Source: an uncultured Ruminococcus sp.
GTDB lineage: Bacteria; Bacillota; Clostridia; Oscillospirales; CAG-272
NCBI GenBank assembly: GCA_964482885.1
Contig: CAYZZJ010000001.1
Span: forward strand, 1 to 40,924
Direction of reading: 5' to 3'
DNA length: 40,924 nt
Position numbers and translations under genes: made by a program. The notes beneath the pieces are model-generated. The model searched no databases and was not told where the DNA came from. It was given only the letters and a program-made list of their open reading frames with translations. Below, piece by piece: positions 25,705 through 34,792 of the stretch (position 1 is its first letter; each line of letters starts with the position of its first letter).

Positions 25705-26544
25705 ATGAATAAGGTGTTTATAGTGCCGAACCCCACGAAGGATACGGGGCTTTCGGTCACGTTGAAGATAATAGATAAGCTGTCCTCTCTTGGAATGACG
25801 GTGTATATGGATGCTCAGTATAATACAATTCATTCTGCCGTGATTTCGTGCGAGGAATTTCCTCACGATGCCGAGATGCTTGTGGTTGTCGGCGGTGACG
25901 GATCGGTGATAGATGCATCGCGTGTCGCCGTTGATAGCGGTATTCCGCTATTGGGAGTAAACCTCGGCAGAGTGGGATATCTCAGTGAGGTTGACCCGAA
26001 CGCACTTGATATTCTCGACAATTTGAAAAATGAGAGCTTTTCTGTAAAGGAAAAGATGCTTCTCTCAATTTTTGACGATTCCGAAGGCGAGTGTGTATAT
26101 GCGGTAAATGATATAACCGTTTCAAGAGGTGGATATTTCGGCATCGCGGAGTTCAATCTCTCCGATAGCTGCGGTAACAGCCTCGATTACAGAGCGGACG
26201 GTATCGTGTTCGCTACTCCGCAGGGCTCTACAGCATACTCGTTCTCGTCAGGTGGACCCGTAGTGGCGCACGACGTGGAGGGGATATTGGTGACGCCGGT
26301 ATGTCCGCACTCCTTCTTCAACCGTTCGGTCATGTTCAATTCCTCCGAGATGCTCTCGGTTACGAATCACGGTGCATATCCTATGAATATAGCCGTTGAC
26401 GGACGCAAACTGACGGAGCTTATGCCCGGAGGGGTTTGCCACGTAGGCTGCGCGGACAAAAAAATTAAAATGCTTACCTTTTCCGAGAACAGTATGTTCA
26501 CGGAGCTATTCAAAAAAATGAATATAACGGAGGGGTTAAAATAG
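25705..26544 (+). CDS. nadK: NAD kinase
   Basis: VVVGGDGSVIDA, GVNLGRVGYL and ATPQGSTAYSFSSGGP motifs. Confidence 0.93.
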   Translation: MNKVFIVPNPTKDTGLSVTLKIIDKLSSLGMTVYMDAQYNTIHSAVISCEEFPHDAEMLVVVGGDGSVIDASRVAVDSGIPLLGVNLGRVGYLSEVDPNALDILDNLKNESFSVKEKMLLSIFDDSEGECVYAVNDITVSRGGYFGIAEFNLSDSCGNSLDYRADGIVFATPQGSTAYSFSSGGPVVAHDVEGILVTPVCPHSFFNRSVMFNSSEMLSVTNHGAYPMNIAVDGRKLTELMPGGVCHVGCADKKIKMLTFSENSMFTELFKKMNITEGLK

Positions 26545-26993
26545 TGAAAAGCGCAAGACAGGAAAAAATACTTGAAATAATCGATAAGTACGAGATAGGC
26601 ACCCAGGAGGCGCTTATCGGTAAGCTTGCAGAGTACGGCTTCGACTCTACGCAGACCACGATTTCGAGGGATATCAGGCAGCTCAGGCTGATAAAGACGC
26701 CTACCGGCAGAGGTGCCTATAAGTACGCAGCTCCAAAGGAAAAGGCGGTTGCCGCTACACCCGCGCACAATTCCGCGCTTACCGATTCCGTTACAAAGAT
26801 CGAAGCGGCACAGAATATTGTCGTGGTTAAGACCCTCTCGGGGATGGCTAATGCGATTGCCGTTTGTCTTGAAACCATAGACGTAGGGTATATAGTCGGC
26901 TCGGTGGCGGGCGACGATACTATTCTTATCGTCATGAAGGACTCCGATGCGGCGCTTGAGACCGAGCGTGCGCTTAAGGCGGTATTCTCCTGA
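26544..26993 (+). CDS. argR: Arginine repressor
   Basis: N-terminal winged helix (RQEKILEII...TQEALI..L...G...TQTTISRDI) and C-terminal GDDTILIV oligomerisation motif. GTG start overlaps the nadK stop by 1 nt. Confidence 0.9.
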   Translation: MKSARQEKILEIIDKYEIGTQEALIGKLAEYGFDSTQTTISRDIRQLRLIKTPTGRGAYKYAAPKEKAVAATPAHNSALTDSVTKIEAAQNIVVVKTLSGMANAIAVCLETIDVGYIVGSVAGDDTILIVMKDSDAALETERALKAVFS

Positions 26994-27022
26994 AATGCTT
27001 TTGCTTAAGTATGAGGTAAGCT

Positions 27023-28714
27023 ATGCTTAGTTCGTTACATATCGAAAACGTAGCAGTTATAAAATACGCTGATATTGACTTCAAGGACGGCTTCACCGTT
27101 CTCAGCGGACAGACCGGAGCCGGTAAGACGGTGGTTCTCGATTGCATACAGCTTCTCCTCGGTGCTAAGGCTGACAAGGAGATGATAAGACACGGGGAGT
27201 CGCAGGCATCGGTAAGCGGAGTATTCAGCGAGCTCAGTGATGCAACACTCGCTTTGCTCGATGAGGCAGGAGTTGCGCTTGATGAGGAGCGCTCGCTTCT
27301 GATACACCGGGTTATCAGCCTCGACGGCAGGTCGCAGCTCAGGCTCAACGGGCGCAGCGTTACGCTCGCCATGCTTCGCTCGATTTCTTGTACTCTTGTC
27401 AACGTACACGGACAGAGCGATACAAATACGCTTGTAGACCCCGAGAGGCACATTGAGCTTGTAGATACCTATGCAGGCTGCGGAGCGCTTCTTTCTGAGT
27501 ACGGGAGCGCATATTCTTCTCTTGAGGAGATCCGCAGAAGGATTAAAGAGATAACCGAGCGTGCCGCCGAGGGAGAGCGTCTTAAGGAAATTCTTGAATA
27601 TCAGATACGTGATATAGATTCCGCAGCGCTTCACTCGGGCGAGGAGGAGGAGCTTGTAGATAAAAAGGTTAAGCTCCGTAACAGCGAAAAGATTACAAGA
27701 AACGCCGAATTTGTATATAAGGCGCTGAAGGGCAGCGAAAAGGGAAGCGTGGCATATCTGCTTGACCGCAGTATAACCGCCACTCAGTCTATCGCAGGAG
27801 TTTTGCCCGGGTTCGTTGATTTTGCCGAGAAGCTTCGCGATATGCTCTATCAGGTAGAGGATATATCCGAGGAGATTTACTCGGTATTGGACGATCTCGA
27901 GAGCGATCCCACCGAGACGCTGAATCTGATAGAGTCGCGGCTTGATAAAATAAATAAACTAAAGCGTAAGTACGGTCTTACAGTAGATGATATACTTGCG
28001 TTCCGCGATAGGGCGGCAGAGGAGCTTGATGCGCTCGAGAACTGCGACGAGCTTTTGAAAAAGCTCGTGAAGGAAGAACGCGAGGCATACAACGCAGCGC
28101 TTTCACTCGCTGAAAAGCTTCACTCCGTTAGAGTTGCGGCATCGGCAGAGCTTGAGACAAGGGTCAAGGAAACGCTTGAGTTTCTTGATATGCCAAAGGT
28201 TGTGTTTTACGCAAAAATTGAGGAGAGCTACGACGGAGAGGAAAAAATCCTCAATCAGAACGGTTCGGATAGGCTGGAGTTTTATATCAGCGCCAATCTC
28301 GGTGCAGATGCACAGCCCATGTCCAAGATCGCGTCGGGCGGCGAGCTTGCGAGAGTTATGCTTGCGCTTAAGGGCGTAATCACCGATAAGGACGGCATAT
28401 CCACGGTAATCTTCGACGAGATAGATGCGGGCGTGTCGGGCAAGACCGCACGTAAAATAGGAATAAAGATGCTCGAACTGTCGAGAAACACGCAGATTAT
28501 GTGCGTGACGCACAGCGCGCAGATAGCCTCGCTCGCGGATACACACTATCTCATAAGCAAGTCTGCGGTAGACGGTGCAACCGAAACCAAGGTTGGCGAG
28601 CTTGATTTTGAAGGTCGTGTAACCGAGCTTTCACGCATACTCGGCGGCATTAACGTAACGGATTCCCAAAGACAGGCTGCGCTGGATATGTTAAGCGAGC
28701 GCGGTAAATACTAA
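27023..28714 (+). CDS. recN: DNA repair protein RecN
   Basis: LSGQTGAGKT Walker A, long coiled-coil middle region, ASGGELARVMLALK signature and VIFDEIDAGVSG Walker B. Confidence 0.96.
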   Translation: MLSSLHIENVAVIKYADIDFKDGFTVLSGQTGAGKTVVLDCIQLLLGAKADKEMIRHGESQASVSGVFSELSDATLALLDEAGVALDEERSLLIHRVISLDGRSQLRLNGRSVTLAMLRSISCTLVNVHGQSDTNTLVDPERHIELVDTYAGCGALLSEYGSAYSSLEEIRRRIKEITERAAEGERLKEILEYQIRDIDSAALHSGEEEELVDKKVKLRNSEKITRNAEFVYKALKGSEKGSVAYLLDRSITATQSIAGVLPGFVDFAEKLRDMLYQVEDISEEIYSVLDDLESDPTETLNLIESRLDKINKLKRKYGLTVDDILAFRDRAAEELDALENCDELLKKLVKEEREAYNAALSLAEKLHSVRVAASAELETRVKETLEFLDMPKVVFYAKIEESYDGEEKILNQNGSDRLEFYISANLGADAQPMSKIASGGELARVMLALKGVITDKDGISTVIFDEIDAGVSGKTARKIGIKMLELSRNTQIMCVTHSAQIASLADTHYLISKSAVDGATETKVGELDFEGRVTELSRILGGINVTDSQRQAALDMLSERGKY

Positions 28715-28734
28715 GTACGATATAACGAGGTTTT

Positions 28735-29637
28735 ATGCTTGAGCTTGCGTTGGAATATTTAATCCGCAGGAAGCTCAAATTCAAGGAATATTACGATCTT
28801 TCTGCCGTCTCGTCGATTAAAGCGGGCGGTGTAGCAAGGCTTTTCGCAGAGCCGAAAAGCAAGGCAGAGCTTTGCACGCTCCTAGTGTTTCTCGCAAAAG
28901 AAGGGATACAGTATCGCGTGGTCGGCGGGCTTACGAATACGCTTGTAGCGACTGACTTATATACTAAGGTTGTCGTTTCGACAAAGGGTGCTATGAGCCT
29001 CAGCCGCATCGAGGGAGATTTTACTGCCGATGCAGGGGCTTCTCTCGCTTCGCTTATGTCTTATGCCTCACGCTGTGGATACGGGGGCGTCGAGCAGCTT
29101 TGGCTTATACCAGGTACGGTTGGTGCAGCACTCGTTGGAAATTCGGGTGCGCACGGTGTGGAGATGTCAGACGTTGTTCTCGGAGCAGAGGTGCTGATGG
29201 AGGGAGAAAGCTCTCCGACGTATATTGGCGCGAAAGACCTGTGCCTTTCATACCGTGATTCGGTCTTTAAGCGAAAATCGGGCATGACTGTGCTATCGGT
29301 TACGCTTCGGCTCGACCCGCGCGATAGAAGCGATAGCATAGCAAGGCGCAGAGCATTCCTCGAGCTGCGGCATTCCACTCAACCTGCAAATCTCCCGTCA
29401 CTCGGTTCTGTCTTTAAGCGAGCCTCCGGAATTGGCGCAGGCTATTACGTGGAAAGAGCGGGGCTTAAGGGGCTTAGAATAGGCGGTGCTGAGGTATCGC
29501 AAAAGCACGCCGGATTTATAGTAAACGTTGGCGGAGCCGGCTGGCGTGACGTCAATGAGCTTGTAAGCACGGTCAGGCTGCTTGTAAAAGAGCGCCTTGG
29601 CGTAGAATTGGAGCCGGAAATTCAGATTCTTAACTAG
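28735..29637 (+). CDS. murB: UDP-N-acetylenolpyruvoylglucosamine reductase
   Basis: FAD-binding N-terminal half (VVGGLTN, IPGTVGAA) and C-terminal GSVFKR and GFIVN motifs. Confidence 0.9.
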   Translation: MLELALEYLIRRKLKFKEYYDLSAVSSIKAGGVARLFAEPKSKAELCTLLVFLAKEGIQYRVVGGLTNTLVATDLYTKVVVSTKGAMSLSRIEGDFTADAGASLASLMSYASRCGYGGVEQLWLIPGTVGAALVGNSGAHGVEMSDVVLGAEVLMEGESSPTYIGAKDLCLSYRDSVFKRKSGMTVLSVTLRLDPRDRSDSIARRRAFLELRHSTQPANLPSLGSVFKRASGIGAGYYVERAGLKGLRIGGAEVSQKHAGFIVNVGGAGWRDVNELVSTVRLLVKERLGVELEPEIQILN

Positions 29638-29645
29638 GAGGTAGC

Positions 29646-30536
29646 ATGTCCTTTTCGACTGAGCAAAAAAACCATATAATAGCGCAGCCGATAAAGAACA
29701 AGTGCTGTAAAAAGGCGATGCTCCTCGGAGTACTCGCTGCGCGTGCCTCGCTTGATAGCGGGGTGATATCCGTAACGCTTGATTCGCGGTCTACGGCAGA
29801 GTTCGTCGCCACGCTGATTTTCGATATATATAAAAAGCAGGTCGATATCGGCACGCTCCCAACGGGGGGCAGGGGTTGCTTGCTTTCATTTTCGCACTCA
29901 TCACTTACCGAATACGTCTCGGGTTTTTCTGCGGGTGCGCTCGAGCCTTACATGGAAAAATGCCCGATGTGTCAGTCGCATTTCTTAGAGGGCGTTTTCC
30001 TCGCCGCGGGCAGAATGACAGACCCCACCAAGCAGTATATACTGGAGTTCTCGGTGAAGGGTGCTACCGACCGATTTGTTGAGATATTCTCGGAGGCGGG
30101 ATTATCACCGAAAATCTCGGTTAAGCCCCGCGAGACAGTCATATATTTCAGGAACAGCGCGTCAATAGAGGATTTCTTTGCGCTTGCTGGAATGAATCAG
30201 ACAACCTTCGCGCTAATGAATGCGAAAATTCAGGGCGAAATCAGAAATAACGTAAACAGAGTAGCAAATTGCGAAACGAATAACATCACCAAAGCGGTGT
30301 CGGCCTCCGCGGGGCAAATAACCATAATAGCGGAGCTTATGAAAAAGGGGCTGATATCTCAGCTGCCCGATGAATTGCAGAAAACAGCCATACTCAGAAT
30401 GGAGCATAGCGACCTGTCACTATCTCAGCTTGCGGCGCTTATAACTCCGTATATAAGCAAGCCCGGGCTTTCACACAGGCTGAAAAGAATTACGGAGATA
30501 GGAACGGAGCTTCTTGAAAGAAGTAAGAAGAACTAA
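29646..30536 (+). CDS. whiA: DNA-binding sporulation/cell-division regulator WhiA
   Basis: MSFS.EQK...CC..A.L.G start, LAGLIDADG-derived middle region, and C-terminal HTH (SLSQLAALI...ISKPGLSHRLKRI). Confidence 0.9.
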   Translation: MSFSTEQKNHIIAQPIKNKCCKKAMLLGVLAARASLDSGVISVTLDSRSTAEFVATLIFDIYKKQVDIGTLPTGGRGCLLSFSHSSLTEYVSGFSAGALEPYMEKCPMCQSHFLEGVFLAAGRMTDPTKQYILEFSVKGATDRFVEIFSEAGLSPKISVKPRETVIYFRNSASIEDFFALAGMNQTTFALMNAKIQGEIRNNVNRVANCETNNITKAVSASAGQITIIAELMKKGLISQLPDELQKTAILRMEHSDLSLSQLAALITPYISKPGLSHRLKRITEIGTELLERSKKN

Positions 30537-30554
30537 GATAAGAAAGGAGTGCGT

Positions 30555-33500
30555 ATGGGCGGATTCGTACATTTACATCTTCATACCGAATACAGTCTGC
30601 TTGACGGCGCAACGAGAATATCCTCTATCGCCGATAAGGCTATTGCCTGCGGTCAGAGTGCGGTTGCCATAACCGATCACGGCGTTATGTACGGTGCCGT
30701 AGAGTTTTATAACGCACTCAAGGAAAAGGGTGTAAAGCCCATAATCGGCTGTGAGGTATACGTAGCACCGCGCACCCGACACGACAAGGACGGAAAGAGT
30801 GACGTAGGTCACCACCTCATTTTGCTTTGCAAAAACGATATAGGATATAGAAATCTCTGCTACATGGTTTCCGAGAGCTTCGTTAACGGCTTCTACTCAA
30901 AGCCGAGAATTGATATGGAGCTTCTGAGATCCCACCACGAGGGGCTTGTAGCACTCTCGGGCTGTGTCGCGGGAAAAATTCCTCAGCTTATCCTAGCGGG
31001 AAGCATGGCTGAGGCTAAGAATTATGCTATAGAGATGCGCGAGCTGTTTGGCGGGGACTTCTATCTCGAGGTGCAGAACCATAATACCGATGAGGAGCGC
31101 AGAGTTGCATACGGCGTGAAGATGCTGAGCGGAGAGCTTGGCATTCCAATGGTCGCAACCAATGACGTTCACTATCTTGAAAAGAGTGATGCCGAGGTCC
31201 AGGCTACGCTTATGTGCGTTCAGATGAACACGGTCATCACCGACGGAAGACCCCTCGGCTTTGAAACCGACGAGTTTTACTTTAAGACTACCGAGGAGAT
31301 GGAGGCTCTCTTTGCGGGCTTCCCCGGGGCTGTAGCATCTACTGTCGAGATTGCCGATAAATGTAATTTTGACTTTGAATTTAACAAGCTTCATCTGCCC
31401 GATTTCAAGCCCGAGGGCGGGCGTACCCATAAGAAGCAGCTCCGTATAAATGCATACGCAGGCTTTGAGGCTCGCGAGGCAGAGGGGCGCTTTGATTTTG
31501 AGAAGGCGGACAGAGATAGCTATATTGCGCGTCTTGAATACGAGCTTTCGGTCATTGATCAAATGGGCTTTAACGCCTATTTCCTCATAGTCAGTGACTT
31601 TGTCGCGTATGCGAAGCGTAGTGATATTCCCGTCGGTCCCGGCAGAGGCTCGGGTGCAGGGAGCCTTGTTGCGTTTTGCGTTGGCATTACGGACGTCGAT
31701 CCTATAAAATTTGATCTGCTCTTCGAGAGATTTCTCAACTCGGAGCGCGTTTCAATGCCCGATTTTGATATCGACTTCTGCTATGAGAGGCGTGAAGAGG
31801 TTATTGACTACGTCAAGCGCAAGTACGGCGAGGACAAGGTTGCTCAGATAGTTACCTTCGGTACTCTTGCGCCTCGCGCTGCGGTGAGGGATGTCGGACG
31901 AGCACTCGGCATGCCTTACGGAGTAGTCGATAACATAGCTAAGCTTATAGCAAGAGATGCGAGATCTCTCGATCAGGCACTTGAAAACAAGGATCTGCAT
32001 CATCTATATATATCGGACAAGGACACACGCAGGCTGATAGATATGAGCCGACAGGTTGAAGGAATGCCGAGGCACGCGTCGACGCACGCGGCAGGTGTCG
32101 TTATAACAGAGCGCCCTACCTATGAGTATGTACCGCTATCATACAGCGGCACCGGCGTTGTTACGCAGTTCGATATGAATACCGATGCGGCGCTCGGACT
32201 TGTTAAGTTCGATTTCCTCGGGCTGCGATATCTCTCCGTAATACACGATACCGAGAAGCTCGTCGGACAGCGTGACCCGAGCTTTGAGATAAAAAAGGTT
32301 CCTTTTGACGATAAAAAGACCTTTGCATTGCTGTGCGATGCTCGAACAGACGGAATATTCCAGCTTGAGTCGGGAGGCATGAAGGCGGTTCTTACGCGCC
32401 TGCACCCCACCTGTCTTGAGGATATAATAGCCTGTGTCGCGCTTTATAGACCAGGTCCTATGGATTCGATAGATAGCTTTATCGCTCGCAAGCACGGCAA
32501 GGAGCGCGTTGAATATAAGGTTCCCGCACTTGCCGAAATACTTGACGTAACCTACGGCTGCATAGTATATCAGGAGCAGGTTATGCAGATTTGCAGAAAT
32601 CTCGCGGGCTACTCCTATGCACATGCGGATATCGTAAGGCGCGCTATGTCGAAGAAAAAGACCTCTGCTATGCAGGCAGAGCGCGATGCCTTCGTCAGCG
32701 GCTGTGCCGAGCGTGGTATCAGCGGTGACGATGCAAATCATATCTTCGATGAAATGGTAGGATTTGCAAAGTATGCGTTCAATAAGAGCCACGCAACTGC
32801 GTACGGTGTTCTCTCGTATCGCACGGCGTATCTCAAGGCGCATTATCCGGCTGAATATTTCACAGCCCTTATGACAAGCGTTCTTGGAAACGCGAAGGAT
32901 ATAAAGTCTTATATAGACGATGCGCAAAAGTTCCGTGTCAGCGTGCTTCCTCCCGATATTAACGAGAGCGACGCCGATTTTACGGTAACGGGCGGCAATA
33001 TCCGCTTCGGACTTCTCGCTATAAAGAACGTCGGCAGGCAGTTTGCCGCAGCGGTTGTCAGAAACAGAGAGAAGGGAAAGTACAAGTCCTTTGACGACTT
33101 CGTTACGCGTATGTCCGGCTCGGATCTCAATAAGCGAACCGTTGAATCGCTTATCAAGTGCGGTGTGTTCGATAAGCTTGGAGTACCCAGGAGCGCGCTT
33201 CTCGGGTGCTACGAGAGCATCATTGAGGCTGAGCATGAAAAGACGCGGAGTAACATCTCCGGGCAAATGGACATGTTCTCCTTCGCGCTCGATTCTGGTG
33301 AGGCTATTGCCGAGCGCGGTTACGTGTATCCCGCTCTTCCCGAATTTAAGCTGAAGGATCTTCTTATGCTCGAGAAGGAAAGCTCGGGAATGTACTTCTC
33401 GGGTCATATGATAGACAGCTATTCAAAGCACGTATCCACCTTTAAGGTGGATCCGATATCTTCCATTATAGATGACCTTGACGAGGAGGTTGCTACCCCA

Positions 33501-34028
33501 ACCCCTACCTACAAGGATAAAATGGAGGTCAGGATAGCAGGTATAATAAGCGCAAAAAAGACAAAGGTAACAAAGAACGGCGATACCATGGCGTTCCTTA
33601 CCGTAGAGGATAGGGTTGCGGAAATAGAGGTCGTGGTATTCGCTAAGTATTATTCGCGGCTATCGCGAGAGCTTGCCGTTGACAGCGCGGTGCTTATTAC
33701 GGGTAATATAGCTGCAGAGGACGAGGGGGCTCCGAGGATACTCTTATCCGACGCCAAGCCTCTTATATCAAACGAGAGTATTACGGAAAATACTTCGCAG
33801 GGTGCCGTCGCACAACGTCTTTTCATAAAGGCGGAGAGTACGTTGGACAAGCGGCTCGATATAGTTTATCGCCTGGCACACCTCAATCGCGGTGCCGCGC
33901 AGGTAATCGTATATGATGCGAGTACGGGTAAGTACTCGGCAATGAAGGGATTGTCCGTCGATCCTACCGATAAGGTGCTTAATAAGCTTATGGAAACCTT
34001 CGGTAAGGAAAACGTCATTTTGAAATAG
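30555..34028 (+). CDS. dnaE: DNA polymerase III alpha subunit (DnaE type)
   Basis: PHP domain FVHLHLHTEYSLLDG, GPGRGSGAGSLVAF, PDFDIDF, HAAGVVI and C-terminal OB fold. I prefer the ATG at 30555, 6 nt after AAGGAG, over the GTG at 30549. Confidence 0.95.
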   Translation: MGGFVHLHLHTEYSLLDGATRISSIADKAIACGQSAVAITDHGVMYGAVEFYNALKEKGVKPIIGCEVYVAPRTRHDKDGKSDVGHHLILLCKNDIGYRNLCYMVSESFVNGFYSKPRIDMELLRSHHEGLVALSGCVAGKIPQLILAGSMAEAKNYAIEMRELFGGDFYLEVQNHNTDEERRVAYGVKMLSGELGIPMVATNDVHYLEKSDAEVQATLMCVQMNTVITDGRPLGFETDEFYFKTTEEMEALFAGFPGAVASTVEIADKCNFDFEFNKLHLPDFKPEGGRTHKKQLRINAYAGFEAREAEGRFDFEKADRDSYIARLEYELSVIDQMGFNAYFLIVSDFVAYAKRSDIPVGPGRGSGAGSLVAFCVGITDVDPIKFDLLFERFLNSERVSMPDFDIDFCYERREEVIDYVKRKYGEDKVAQIVTFGTLAPRAAVRDVGRALGMPYGVVDNIAKLIARDARSLDQALENKDLHHLYISDKDTRRLIDMSRQVEGMPRHASTHAAGVVITERPTYEYVPLSYSGTGVVTQFDMNTDAALGLVKFDFLGLRYLSVIHDTEKLVGQRDPSFEIKKVPFDDKKTFALLCDARTDGIFQLESGGMKAVLTRLHPTCLEDIIACVALYRPGPMDSIDSFIARKHGKERVEYKVPALAEILDVTYGCIVYQEQVMQICRNLAGYSYAHADIVRRAMSKKKTSAMQAERDAFVSGCAERGISGDDANHIFDEMVGFAKYAFNKSHATAYGVLSYRTAYLKAHYPAEYFTALMTSVLGNAKDIKSYIDDAQKFRVSVLPPDINESDADFTVTGGNIRFGLLAIKNVGRQFAAAVVRNREKGKYKSFDDFVTRMSGSDLNKRTVESLIKCGVFDKLGVPRSALLGCYESIIEAEHEKTRSNISGQMDMFSFALDSGEAIAERGYVYPALPEFKLKDLLMLEKESSGMYFSGHMIDSYSKHVSTFKVDPISSIIDDLDEEVATPTPTYKDKMEVRIAGIISAKKTKVTKNGDTMAFLTVEDRVAEIEVVVFAKYYSRLSRELAVDSAVLITGNIAAEDEGAPRILLSDAKPLISNESITENTSQGAVAQRLFIKAESTLDKRLDIVYRLAHLNRGAAQVIVYDASTGKYSAMKGLSVDPTDKVLNKLMETFGKENVILK

Positions 34029-34084
34029 CCACGCGGTGATGCCGTGGTGGCATGACTGATTTTTAGGAAACTTTGGAGGAAAAA

Positions 34085-34780
34085 ATGCCTGATATTATTG
34101 TAGATATTGTTTTGTGGGTGATTTTACTTATAGGATGCTTGTGGGGAATTAAGGTTGGCTTCGTCAAAACCGTTGCCAAGCCTGCTAAATTCATTATGGC
34201 TGTATTCCTTGCAATTTCGCTTGCCTCGGTTGTCGGATCGGTGTTCATTAAGCCCATGGTCCAGGAGCCGATTATCACCAAGCTTACCGAGTATTTCACC
34301 GAAAAGATAGGTGAGGGTGTTGCAGCAACCGAGGAGCTGCCTACTCTCGTAAAGTTCGCCGCCTCGCTTGCCGGAATTGACCTCGAGGCTATATCCAGCG
34401 CAGAGGCACAGGCTGATATGGTCAATGCGGTAATCGTTGCAATAACCGATCCCGTGCTAGATCTTATTTCTTCGGTTCTTGCATTCTTCTTGCTTTACAT
34501 TGTTCTTAAACTCCTTCTCAGCTTTGTCTTTGCGATTATCGATTCTATCGTCGACAACGGTGTGCTCGGTATAGTTAACCGTGCGCTCGGATGCGTTGTT
34601 ATGACCTTCATGGCGTTTACCGTGGCATGGGGACTTTGTGCAATATCCGATCTTATACTGAACGTGCCTGTTATAAACGAGCAGGCGTGGGTGCAGGATT
34701 TTAACGGTGGCGGGCTCTATAACTTCTTTAAGGGTCTTAGCCCGATTGATTTGCTGTTAGGTTTGTTATTAAGTTTTTAA
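34085..34780 (+). CDS. CvpA-family integral membrane protein
   Basis: N-terminal DIVLWVILLIGCLWGIKVGFVK is the CvpA-type start. Multiple TM helices. ATG at 34085 follows a GGAGGA RBS. Confidence 0.7.
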   Translation: MPDIIVDIVLWVILLIGCLWGIKVGFVKTVAKPAKFIMAVFLAISLASVVGSVFIKPMVQEPIITKLTEYFTEKIGEGVAATEELPTLVKFAASLAGIDLEAISSAEAQADMVNAVIVAITDPVLDLISSVLAFFLLYIVLKLLLSFVFAIIDSIVDNGVLGIVNRALGCVVMTFMAFTVAWGLCAISDLILNVPVINEQAWVQDFNGGGLYNFFKGLSPIDLLLGLLLSF

Positions 34781-34792
34781 GTAGGTAATTAA

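Noticed and set aside
26994-27022. Search for LexA/SOS boxes (GAAC-N4-GTTC type) upstream of recN, ruvA, xseA, recD2 and dnaE
   Set aside because: I found no match with both half-sites in any of these upstream regions. The GAAC-containing strings upstream of dnaE (about 30500-30540) lack the inverted partner.
34029-34070. CCACG...CGTGG / GCCAC...GTGGC hairpins after dnaE as a terminator
   Set aside because: The stems are short (5 bp) and compete with each other, and the T-run is separated from them by 9 nt. It may reduce read-through into cvpA, but it is not convincing enough to call.
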